Shown here: in pieces, positions 33,297 to 41,723 of the stretch | Numbering within the stretch: position 1 is the stretch's first letter | How the letters are laid out: every line of letters starts with the position of its first letter | NCBI GenBank assembly: GCA_043797445.1 | Contig: JAZDPP010000187.1 | Location: forward strand, 7,228 to 71,227 | From: Pseudomonadota bacterium | Lineage (GTDB): Bacteria; Desulfobacterota; Desulfobacteria; Desulfobacterales; JAFDDL01 | Direction: 5' to 3' | Length of the DNA stretch: 64,000 nucleotides | The notes under the pieces: model-generated | Database searches by the model: none | The model's input: only the letters and a program-made list of their open reading frames with translations | Told to the model about the DNA's origin: nothing | Made by a program: the position numbers and the translations under genes

Positions 33297-34136
33297 TTAT
33301 TCTCCGGGCTGCGCGCCGACCGGTTTCTTTTTGGTCAGAATGATTTCAACCCGACGGTTTTCAGCGCGACTTTTTACGTCCGTATTGGGTTTGACCGGCT
33401 GAAAATATGAATACCCGCTAACAAAAAACCGCTCGGCGGGAATGTGTGTCCGCTCAATGAGAAACCGGGTGACCGTGCAAGCCCGAATGGCCGAAAGTTC
33501 CCAGTTGGTGGCAAACTGATCCGAGTGAATCGGCACATCATCCGTATGCCCAACGACATTGATAACATCATCGGTCTCCCGAATGACGGCCGCAACTTCG
33601 CGAAGGGATTTTTCCGCTTGCGGTTTCAATTCAGCCCGACCCGTATCGAACAACAGATCCGCCGGCAAAACGATTCGAACCGCCTTGTCTTCCATCAACT
33701 TGAATCGTTCGATCTCTTTCATCGTTTCCAGCCGCGCCGTTTCAATCGGACGCTCGATGTCTTTCATCATCTCCAGCTTCAGCTTGATGTCGCTCAGTTC
33801 ATCGGGCGTCCGTTTCTTTTCTCCCGGCGAGATCTTCGTTTTTTCTTCCTTGGCTTTCGCGGATTGCGCTTTCATGGATTCGCCATAATGGAAATCCCGG
33901 TTGGCGGCCTGATAAATATAAAGGACGGCAAACATAATAAACATGGTCATCATGATATCAGACCAGACCACCGACCAGTGCACCTGCCGGGGGGTTCTGG
34001 ATCGAAAAACACTCTGCTCGCCCTGCATGGAGAAACAGTCGAAGGCGCCGGTAGCTAACCCAGTTGTAACATTACCGGTATCGCCGGAATTCTCCGTGGG
34101 CATTTGGATCTCTTTTTCTTTTGAATGCTCGTCCAT
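33297..34136 (-). CDS. motB: MotB/OmpA-family stator subunit
   Basis: TM with conserved Asp (VVWSDIMMTMFIMFAVLY). C-terminal OmpA-like peptidoglycan-binding domain (FDTGRAEL...VVGHTDDVP...NWELSAIRA...NRRVEI). Confidence 0.8.
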   Translation of the reverse strand: MDEHSKEKEIQMPTENSGDTGNVTTGLATGAFDCFSMQGEQSVFRSRTPRQVHWSVVWSDIMMTMFIMFAVLYIYQAANRDFHYGESMKAQSAKAKEEKTKISPGEKKRTPDELSDIKLKLEMMKDIERPIETARLETMKEIERFKLMEDKAVRIVLPADLLFDTGRAELKPQAEKSLREVAAVIRETDDVINVVGHTDDVPIHSDQFATNWELSAIRACTVTRFLIERTHIPAERFFVSGYSYFQPVKPNTDVKSRAENRRVEIILTKKKPVGAQPGE

Positions 34137-34463
34137 GGTTCCAGGTTAAAAGGATTCTATTTTAAAAAAACAAATGAAATGGGATCCGTAATACGCTCTG
34201 TCACATCCGCTTCTTGTCTCTTTTTGCCCAATCAATGCCTGCTGATGCACTTTTAGTGCCAACAGAATTGGCTTCCCGTCTCGCCGGAAACACTGCCCGC
34301 TTGCCGTCTTTTGCAATCCCAGCCGCAGCCATTTCCCCGTCAAAGATGCTTGACTGCTGTCAAATTCTTGACCCGGTATGATTCTTTCAGCCAGTTAATG
34401 GCTGTTGGAATGGATCTGGATTGTTTCATTCCAAGCGACGGCGCACGATCCACGGCGTAAGGT

Positions 34464-36002
34464 TCACGGGGTCTTTTTTTCCCACTCGAACCGGGTGATA
34501 TTTCGATGTTCCTTGCTGAACTCAATCCCGATCAAGTAGACTTCCTGGTCCATAAACTTATCCGCGTAGCCCTTGGATTTGATCTGTTCCAGGGCATGCC
34601 CGTCCTCGCTCAATTCCACGACTTTGAATTCAAGGATATAGACGCGGTTTTCGAATCGGATGGTCAAATCGATCCGGCCCGCGCTGGTGGTTTCCTCCGG
34701 ATGGACATCGAGACCCAAGGCGGCGAAATAGCAATAAACGATGGAGGCGTAATACCCTTCGTATCCGGCCAGTTGATTCTTGCGATACCAATCATGGGGG
34801 ATCGAGGCAAAAAACGCATGGAAGGTTTGTTCCAGCTTTTTGAAATCGTTTGAAACCAAGGCCTCATAAATGGCGACCTTGTTGTTCTCCTTTTCCATCG
34901 TATTGGTGGTCAGGTAGTAGAGAATATAATCCGTCAGACTCTGTTTGACCTCAAAATTCGGATAGCCGAGTTCATATTGCACCATGCCGGCGAGTCTTGT
35001 TTTATTTTTGATGGTGAGGTATCCGGTTTGAAACAGAAGGGTTTCAATTTCCAACCGATCAACGTCGAAGCTGCCGATAATGCTGGCGCTTGCTTTTATG
35101 CTCTCGATGCAAGGAATGTAATACTTTTTAGTTTCCAGCAACTTGATTAAAAATGTCGGCGTGGCGGTCTCGAACCAATAGGACAGGAATTCCTTGTTTC
35201 TCAGATACAGCAGGATATCGAACGGATTGTATACTTCCTCACCCGTCCAGTTGTATCCATTGTACCACTTACGGACTTGGTCCAGGTCCACGCCTTCCAG
35301 CCACTCGATGAAAGTTGTCTTCAAATCTTCTTGCGTATATCCACAAATCGCGGAATACGGCACGCTCAGGGTGATGTCTTCCAGGTTGTTTAGGCCGCTG
35401 AAAAGGGAAACCTTGCTGAATTTGCTGACTCCGGTGATAAATACGAGCTGGATATAAGGATCGCTGTCCTTGATAATGGAATAATAGTTTTTCAGCTCTT
35501 CACGGATGACGATCGCAGTTTCCAGATTGTCGATATTGTCTAAAATGGGTTTGTCATATTCATCCACCAAGATAATGACCTTGCCGCGATATCGATTGAA
35601 GAGAATTTGAATCAGTTCGGCGAACCTGTTTCTCAGATCGGCGCATGTAAGTTGTACGGCATATTGTCGGGCATGCTCGCTAAGAATATAATCGAAGCTG
35701 TTTCGCAATTCCTCGACGTTTCTATGGACTCCCGATCCAAAACTGATATGCACGACCGGCGCCGTTTTATCCCAGTCCCAGTGGCTATAAAGGTAGAGAC
35801 CCTGAAACAGCTCCCTTTGCCCCCGGTAAGCCGATTTGAGTGTGCTCAGGAAAAGGCTCTTGCCGAAGCGTCTCGGCCTGGAAAGGAAATAATATTTACC
35901 TTCCTCCGCCAGCTTCTTTATATAAGCGGTTTTATCGACATAGTAATATCCTTCTTCAATCAAATTCTGGAAGGTTTGTATGCCAATTGGAAGCTTTTTC
36001 AT
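34464..36002 (-). CDS. AAA-ATPase-like / PD-(D/E)XK nuclease family protein (DUF1703-type)
   Basis: N-terminus KKLPIGIQTFQNLIEEGYYYVDKTAYIKKL...YFLSRPRRFGKSLFLSTL is diagnostic of the family. C-terminal GRIDLTI...YILEFKV PD-(D/E)XK-like core. Start placed at the MKKLP ATG 36002. Confidence 0.8.
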   Translation of the reverse strand: MKKLPIGIQTFQNLIEEGYYYVDKTAYIKKLAEEGKYYFLSRPRRFGKSLFLSTLKSAYRGQRELFQGLYLYSHWDWDKTAPVVHISFGSGVHRNVEELRNSFDYILSEHARQYAVQLTCADLRNRFAELIQILFNRYRGKVIILVDEYDKPILDNIDNLETAIVIREELKNYYSIIKDSDPYIQLVFITGVSKFSKVSLFSGLNNLEDITLSVPYSAICGYTQEDLKTTFIEWLEGVDLDQVRKWYNGYNWTGEEVYNPFDILLYLRNKEFLSYWFETATPTFLIKLLETKKYYIPCIESIKASASIIGSFDVDRLEIETLLFQTGYLTIKNKTRLAGMVQYELGYPNFEVKQSLTDYILYYLTTNTMEKENNKVAIYEALVSNDFKKLEQTFHAFFASIPHDWYRKNQLAGYEGYYASIVYCYFAALGLDVHPEETTSAGRIDLTIRFENRVYILEFKVVELSEDGHALEQIKSKGYADKFMDQEVYLIGIEFSKEHRNITRFEWEKKTP

Positions 36003-36241
36003 TCTATCACCCCCCATACCCCTATCTTGTGGCGCGCTCCCCACCCACTTGCTGTGATATGAGCCGTGTGAAGAAAAATATTCCCCCCGGGGGTTACGGA
36101 CCTTGTCCTGCTTTCTGCCGGACAAAATGAAGGCGGATTACCTGCTGTTGCTGAAAACGCGATGGGGAAGGTTATTGTCATCGGTTGGACCCAAACGGAC
36201 ATCATCCGGGATATTGCCCGAGTGGCAGAATTCAAGGAAAC

Positions 36242-36583
36242 TCACCTCAGATCCAGGCTCAATTTAAGCGCCTGATTGACGCTATCCATGGTGTCCGGCC
36301 GCAATTGCCCCAATCTCTTTCCAAGCCTGTCTTTGGAAACCGTGAGAATCTGACTTGTCCTAACAATGCAAGGCCGATCGAGCCCCCCTTCCGGCGGGTC
36401 AATCAATACATTCATGGGATAAATTTTCAGCGACGTCGAAATTGCGGCAACGATTGTTGTCGTGGCCTTTTCATTGCCGATGTCGTTCTGGATAACAACC
36501 GCCGGTCTCAGCCCTGCCTGCTCGCTTCCCCGGGATGGATTCCAATTGATAATCCAAACCTCCCCTCTTTTTGGATTTCCCAT
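36242..36583 (-). CDS. mazF: MazF/PemK-family endoribonuclease toxin
   Basis: PKRGEVWIINWNPSRGSEQAGLRPAVVIQND...VAAISTS...RPCIVRTSQILTVSKDRL. TGATG stop/start overlap with the upstream antitoxin. Confidence 0.85.
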   Translation of the reverse strand: MGNPKRGEVWIINWNPSRGSEQAGLRPAVVIQNDIGNEKATTTIVAAISTSLKIYPMNVLIDPPEGGLDRPCIVRTSQILTVSKDRLGKRLGQLRPDTMDSVNQALKLSLDLR

Positions 36584-36816
36584 CAGACCAACACTTCCGA
36601 TTGAGCACATAACGTCGCTTCCGCAAACCCCCTATCCTCCTCGGCCATCTCCATATATCCTTTTGCCATCAGGTCCTCTGTTTTGCTTTTCAACCAAAGC
36701 GCAAACGCTTCTTGGGCAAGGTGACTCTTGGCCATCCGATAACGCTTCGATGCACTCTCAATTGCTTCAAGCATACCGGAATCAATCGTCAAACTGATCT
36801 TTTTCTTGGTTCGCAC
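36583..36816 (-). CDS. mazE: Ribbon-helix-helix (CopG/MazE-like) antitoxin
   Basis: (V)RTKKKISLTIDSGMLEAIE is an RHH beta-strand plus helix. GTG at 36816 sits 5 nt after GGAGG. The ORF-track ATG at 36885 lies upstream of the predicted promoter. Confidence 0.7.
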   Translation of the reverse strand: MRTKKKISLTIDSGMLEAIESASKRYRMAKSHLAQEAFALWLKSKTEDLMAKGYMEMAEEDRGFAEATLCAQSEVLV

Positions 36817-36850
36817 AGCATCCTCCAAATAAATATCATCATTATGGGGT

Positions 36851-36879
36851 ATATAATATCGCCTCAATTGTCTTGTCAA
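36851..36879 (-). promoter_or_regulatory. Sigma-70-like promoter with overlapping palindromic operator for mazEF
   Basis: Minus strand reads TTGACA-N17-TTATAT. The near-palindrome ATTGTTCTTGACAAGACAAT overlaps the -35. Confidence 0.55.
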
Positions 36880-36934
36880 GAACAATTAGCATATGCTTTA
36901 TGAAAAACCGTAGTTTACGGGGCCGATGACCATG

Positions 36935-38182
36935 TCAATAAAGAAATCCGAAAAGCCAAAGCGGAATACGATTCCCCTGGCCGATTTCGATGTTGTCGAG
37001 CGCCAATCTGGAGTTCTCAACGTTTTTTATCTGGCCACCGTCTTTGTTTTTTCCCCCAACTTCAAAGGTGATTTTGTCATTCACCAGGAAATCCCCCCTT
37101 GCGGGAACGGTTACGCCGTGCCCGACACGCATCATGTTCAGAAAGAAGGTCTCCCGCATCGCTCCACTGTCCGGCCCCTTTTCGCCCGCCAGCGCATGAT
37201 AGAGGTTCGGATTGTTCAGATAGACTTTCTCCGGCTTCTCCAGTTCCCGAAGTCCTTTTCCGCTTCGCGAAACGGACAGGATCACCCCTGCATCCTCCAG
37301 GTATTTGAAGTAAGTTTTCAGGGTCCGCTCGTCTCCGATTCCCAGCAGGTTTTTTAACTGTTTCATGTCGGGAGTGAAAGGAACCAGTGACGAAATGATC
37401 GATAGGAGCTTTTGAATCTTGCGGATGCTCGAACCGTTCAGCGACTGCTGAATGGCAAGAAGATCCCCCTCCAGCGTGGCATGGATATTCTGCTCCAGCG
37501 TCATGTAAAACTGGGTCCTATCCTCGTATTCCCGGAAATAGGGGTAATAACCACACGCCAGGTAATCCTTGAAAAGCGCCAGTACTTTGAGCGCATTTTT
37601 CTCCAGTGTTCTCACAATGGCATCGGCAGCCTGCTGGTGCCCGGTGATGAGCGTGTCGAGCGTTAGGTGGTCAAAATAAAGACCGTAATTCATGCCGATG
37701 TATTCACGAAACGACATCCCGTACATCCGGTAGACGATGGCGCGCCTGCTGAGATCATGGCTCTCCGTGGGAATTTTAAGGGCCGAACATCCGGAGGCCA
37801 GCATCTTCAGGTTGGGAAAAGTGTCGTAGATGCTCTTTAGCTCCATGGACCAATCGGGATACTTGTGGATTTCATCAAAGCATATCAGCTCGCCACCCAG
37901 CTTGTAGAATTCGTCCGCAATCTCATAGAGCGAGGAGCGGCCGACAAGGAAATGATCGGCCTGAAGATAAAGCGCCTTGTGACTGTAAAGGTCATTCCCG
38001 TACCTGTCGAGCAGATACTGTGTCATGGCGGTTGTTTTACCGACCCCCCGCTGCCCGACAATGATGGAAAATCGATTGCCGAGGGCATGATCCCGGAGAA
38101 AGTAACGCTTGAATTCCCGGTTGCGGATACGAAGGAAGGTTTGGCTGAGGGAGAAGAGATCATCCAGCATGTGCGCCTCCAA
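36935..38182 (-). CDS. AAA_14 / DUF4143-family ATPase
   Basis: Walker A GQRGVGKTT, Walker B-like ICFDEIH, and the typical ~410-aa architecture. Confidence 0.8.
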   Translation of the reverse strand: MEAHMLDDLFSLSQTFLRIRNREFKRYFLRDHALGNRFSIIVGQRGVGKTTAMTQYLLDRYGNDLYSHKALYLQADHFLVGRSSLYEIADEFYKLGGELICFDEIHKYPDWSMELKSIYDTFPNLKMLASGCSALKIPTESHDLSRRAIVYRMYGMSFREYIGMNYGLYFDHLTLDTLITGHQQAADAIVRTLEKNALKVLALFKDYLACGYYPYFREYEDRTQFYMTLEQNIHATLEGDLLAIQQSLNGSSIRKIQKLLSIISSLVPFTPDMKQLKNLLGIGDERTLKTYFKYLEDAGVILSVSRSGKGLRELEKPEKVYLNNPNLYHALAGEKGPDSGAMRETFFLNMMRVGHGVTVPARGDFLVNDKITFEVGGKNKDGGQIKNVENSRLALDNIEIGQGNRIPLWLFGFLY

Positions 38183-38509
38183 AATAGGATTCCATTCCGC
38201 TTATATCGCATATATATTAGTATCACAATACTATTTTTATCGAATTTTAAAGAAGCCACCCATTCACCCATACACTTACCGATTGAATTCGGTTCGTTAC
38301 AAAATCAGCATCACCGTCAAAGACGATTGATCGCTGTCAGATTCTTGACACGGACAATAGCTCTTTGTCTCTATATTTACCGTCATCGGGGAAATGATGG
38401 CTATTTTTTCTTGTGGCCAGGCCGCCAATCACAATATGCTTGACGAAATACCGTCAAAGCGGCAAATATTAGCTACAAATTTCGATTTAGCCCGGCATGG
38501 ATTCTGAAA

Positions 38510-38788
38510 ATGATTAAGGTTACTGCTATGACGGCAAATACGGGGGTTCGGTCAATTGCGCATCTCGCCCGGATCATCGAATTCCACCGCAAACAGGCGA
38601 AGCTGTCCCGGATAGCGCTGGCGGATATTGCCGGCGTTGGAAAGACAGTGGTTTATGACATCGAAAACGGCAAGGAAACGGTGCAACTCGATACCCTGCT
38701 AAAGCTGCTCGGCGCTCTCAATATTTCCCTATCCCTGGACAGCCCGATGATGGATCGTTACAAGGCGGCGGAACATGCGGAAAGCTGA
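38510..38788 (+). CDS. hipB: XRE-family helix-turn-helix protein (HipB-like antitoxin)
   Basis: HTH LSRIALADIAGVGKTVVYDIENGKETVQLDTLLKLLGALN. Its 3' end overlaps the remnant hipA start by 14 nt. Confidence 0.75.
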   Translation: MIKVTAMTANTGVRSIAHLARIIEFHRKQAKLSRIALADIAGVGKTVVYDIENGKETVQLDTLLKLLGALNISLSLDSPMMDRYKAAEHAES

Positions 38789-39348
38789 CATTTTCATGCA
38801 CGGCCTTCATGCCGGTATTATAGCTGAGCGCCGTCTTAAATATCCGTAAAAACAAATTTGAACTGATGGATACGGGTGGGCGCTACATTTTAAAGCCGCA
38901 AAACCCACAGTATCCCCTCCTTCCGGAAAACGAGGACCTCTCCATGCACCTAGCGTCCGCAGCCGGGATAACAGTCCCCCTGCACGGGCTTGTCTATTCA
39001 ATAGACGGTTCCATGACCTACTTTATAAAGCGTTTCGACAGAGTGGGAAAAAACAAGCTCGCCGTGGAGGACTTTTCCCAACTTCTGGGGCTTACCCGGG
39101 AAACGAAATATGATGCCTCTATGGAAAAAATCGCCCATGTGATTGAAACGTACTGCTCCTTTCCGGCGGTTGAGAAAATCAAGCTGTTCCGGCAAACCCT
39201 CGTGAATTTTTTAATCGGCAACGAGGACATGCACCTGAAAAACTTTTCATTGATGACCCTGAATGGCAAAGTGGCACTCACCCCTGCCTATGATATCCTG
39301 AACACAACGCTGGTCCTGTCGGATGCGCGGGAGGAAATCGCCCGATGA
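38775..39348 (+). pseudogene. hipA: Decayed hipA: 24-codon N-terminal stub plus a frame-shifted kinase-core fragment truncated at both ends
   Basis: Stub MRKADIFMHGLHAGIIAERRLKYP* (38775-38849). Fragment 38866-39348 carries GRYILKP, GNEDMHLKNFS and TPAYD, but has no P-loop region and no C-terminal ~100 aa. Confidence 0.7.
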
Positions 39349-39494
39349 CCGTGTGGTGACGCTTGCATTGATCGCCAGCGCATGATAACCGCCCGCTGGG
39401 AAGGTAACCCAATGATTTTTTTTAGAACTGAATGCCTGTTGCGGCGGTTGAAATCGTTCGAAGGCGGGATCTTCAAGAAAAAAGTTAGTAGCGC

Positions 39495-39800
39495 CTATCT
39501 CTCCTTTTTGTAAAAAACCGCTCCGACCCGTTCAATATGATCCAGCAAATCGGAATTGGCGATATGGTGATAAATGGAAAAATCGAATGTATAAGGCAGG
39601 AACAGGTCGTCAATATCCAGGCTGATCCTGTTCAGCAGTTTTAAATCCAGCCCATCACCGGTCAATGCCAGATCGATGTCGGACCCGGGCTTGAAGTTGC
39701 CTTTAGCTCGGGAACCATAGAGGATCGCAGTTTCAACTTCCGGGTGCCGGGCGAACACCCTTTTGATCTTTTCGACCGTTTCTTTTTCCAGGCCATACAT
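39495..39800 (-). CDS. Minimal nucleotidyltransferase (MNT) of an MNT-HEPN pair
   Basis: ILYGSRAKGNFKPGSDIDLAL (GS-x10-DxD). Start placed at ATG 39800, 10 nt after the HEPN stop. Confidence 0.85.
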   Translation of the reverse strand: MYGLEKETVEKIKRVFARHPEVETAILYGSRAKGNFKPGSDIDLALTGDGLDLKLLNRISLDIDDLFLPYTFDFSIYHHIANSDLLDHIERVGAVFYKKER

Positions 39801-39810
39801 GCTATTTTCT

Positions 39811-40236
39811 TTAAAAAGCAACCGGTGCCGTATCCTCGCGCTGACGATCGAGCTTTATTTCCAACTCGTTAAAGAGCCGATGATACGTTTTAACCACCGC
39901 TCGGCAAATCTCATCGGCGGTTTCTTCATTATAGGTATGCGAAGTCAGATTCCTGCTTTTCAGCATGTCCATCCAGCCTTCCCCATCTTGAATCAGCCCC
40001 AATAAAAAGGCCTTTGCAATTGCATCTCTTGAGCCATAAATGTCGGTTTGTCCTTTATATTCGAGGAAATCTTTCACTGTGTTCCAGGCAAGCTCAAAGG
40101 TGTATTCAAATGCTTTTACCAACCCCTGCTTTTCGAGCTCCGACAATTCTCCTTTGTCGATGAACTTTTGAAGCAGACGCAGCGCCTTCCGGTAGTTGGA
40201 AAACCGTTGTTCCCAGCGGATGTCTTTTTTAACCAT
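39811..40236 (-). CDS. HEPN-domain protein (HI0074-type nucleotidyltransferase substrate-binding protein)
   Basis: RWEQRFSNYRKAL...AFEYTFELAWNTVKDFL...SRNLTSHTY (R-x4-H). Start placed at the MVKKDIRWEQ ATG 40236; the longer ORF-track N-terminus has no family features. Confidence 0.85.
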   Translation of the reverse strand: MVKKDIRWEQRFSNYRKALRLLQKFIDKGELSELEKQGLVKAFEYTFELAWNTVKDFLEYKGQTDIYGSRDAIAKAFLLGLIQDGEGWMDMLKSRNLTSHTYNEETADEICRAVVKTYHRLFNELEIKLDRQREDTAPVAF

Positions 40237-40946
40237 TTGGGTAGCCCGCCATTTCTTCGTTAACAACCGCAATGTGCCCACGACGACACGATGGTTTCCG
40301 GCCGAAAGTGATTTCATCGCCAGCATAGACCGAATCGGCAACCATATCATCCAATTCCCTGCACCGGCGGTTAAAAAAAACCCACCATGCGTGCAATTAA
40401 TAGGGATATTTTCGAATTTTTTCAACAAGGAAACCGCGGTTCGCCGGCTGCTATCCCAAAAAGGCGGTTCTTTACAAATTGATGATTCGCTAACCAATTT
40501 GCAAGAAATATTGCATCCATTGGTTTTTGAAGTATATTTTGCGAAGCCGGTCATGTTATTGACAGTCCATCAAAATCGCGAAACAGGATAGCGATCCAAG
40601 CCATAGTTTACCCATTGAATCGTCTGACCATATTTTCGGACCTTTCCTCGACATGTCAAAACTTTGACTTTTTCTTTCCGACACTAAAAGACATATCGTC
40701 CCTCTTTTTGCATATCTTATTTATATTCTTGCATATCTGCATTATTGTCTTTTCTGGCACACAAATTGCTGATATAAAATAGTTAAAATAGATCATATCA
40801 TCAAGAGAATATCCGTTCCAAAAGAGAAGATTCAACTGAGCGGAAGCGGATGTTAAAAAGCCGTTTGCCAAGAATTACCAGCAAAAGCGATTATGAGGCC
40901 CCACATCAAGAGTCGTTGAGGTTAAACAATTGGGAGGATGATTTTC

Positions 40947-41723
40947 ATGAAAATTGTCATTTTATGCGGCGGCCTTGGAACCCGAATTCGTGAAGAAACG
41001 GAGTTCCGACCCAAGCCAATGGTCAATATCGGCCCCAGACCCATCCTGTGGCATATTATGAAAATTTATGCCCACCATGGCTTTAATGACTTCATACTCG
41101 CCTTGGGGTATAAGGGGGATATGATTCGTAATTATTTTTGTCATTATGAGCTCATGAACAATGACATTACCATTGAACTGGGGAAACCGGAGCATCTCTG
41201 CGTTCACCACTGTCATGAAGAGAACGGGTGGCGGATTACCCTGGCAAACACGGGCGAACGATCCCTCAAGGGCGCACGACTAAAACGGTTGGAAAAATAT
41301 ATAACAGAAGATACCTTCATGATGACGTATGGTGATGGCGTTGCGGATGTGGATATCAAAGCACTATTGGCCTTTCATCACCAGCATGGGAAATTAGCCA
41401 CCCTAACCGGGATCAATCCAACGGCACGTTTTGGCAAATTGAAAGTCAACGGTAATCAGGTCGAAGACTTCCGCGAAAAACCAAAAAATGATGAGAGTCT
41501 GGTTAGCGGTGGCTTCTTTGTATTTAACAAAAAAATATTGGAATATCTTACTACAGATGATCTTTGCGACCTGGAGGAAGGGCCGCTTGAACAACTCGCT
41601 GAACAGGGGCAACTGATGGTTTACAAACATACCGGGTTTTGGGCTTGCATGGATACGCTGAGGGATATGGATTATCTCAATGATTTGTGGCAACAAAAAA
41701 AGGCCGGCTGGAGGATATGGTAA
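40947..41723 (+). CDS. rfbF: Glucose-1-phosphate cytidylyltransferase
   Basis: MKIVILCGGLGTRIREETEFRPKPMVNIGPRPILWHIMKIYAHHGFNDFILALGYKG is near-canonical RfbF. ATG lies 9 nt after GGGAGG. Confidence 0.92.
   Translation: MKIVILCGGLGTRIREETEFRPKPMVNIGPRPILWHIMKIYAHHGFNDFILALGYKGDMIRNYFCHYELMNNDITIELGKPEHLCVHHCHEENGWRITLANTGERSLKGARLKRLEKYITEDTFMMTYGDGVADVDIKALLAFHHQHGKLATLTGINPTARFGKLKVNGNQVEDFREKPKNDESLVSGGFFVFNKKILEYLTTDDLCDLEEGPLEQLAEQGQLMVYKHTGFWACMDTLRDMDYLNDLWQQKKAGWRIW

Noticed and set aside
32313-34136. MotA/MotB pair as a Zorya (ZorAB) defence system
   Set aside because: The MotA-like protein is only 320 aa and lacks the long coiled-coil tail of ZorA. No ZorC/D/E-like genes are adjacent.
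34146-34525. Two small minus-strand ORFs (65 and 61 aa) between motB and the AAA/PD-(D/E)XK gene
   Set aside because: They have no SD and an unremarkable composition. One overlaps the 3' end of the neighbouring gene, and the region instead holds copy A of the 40-nt repeat.
40656-40871. 71-aa minus-strand ORF in the AT-rich gap before rfbF
   Set aside because: AT-rich intergenic DNA readily gives such ORFs, and there is no convincing SD. It is kept only as a remote possibility, since a GTCAAAACTTTGAC palindrome lies at its 3' end.
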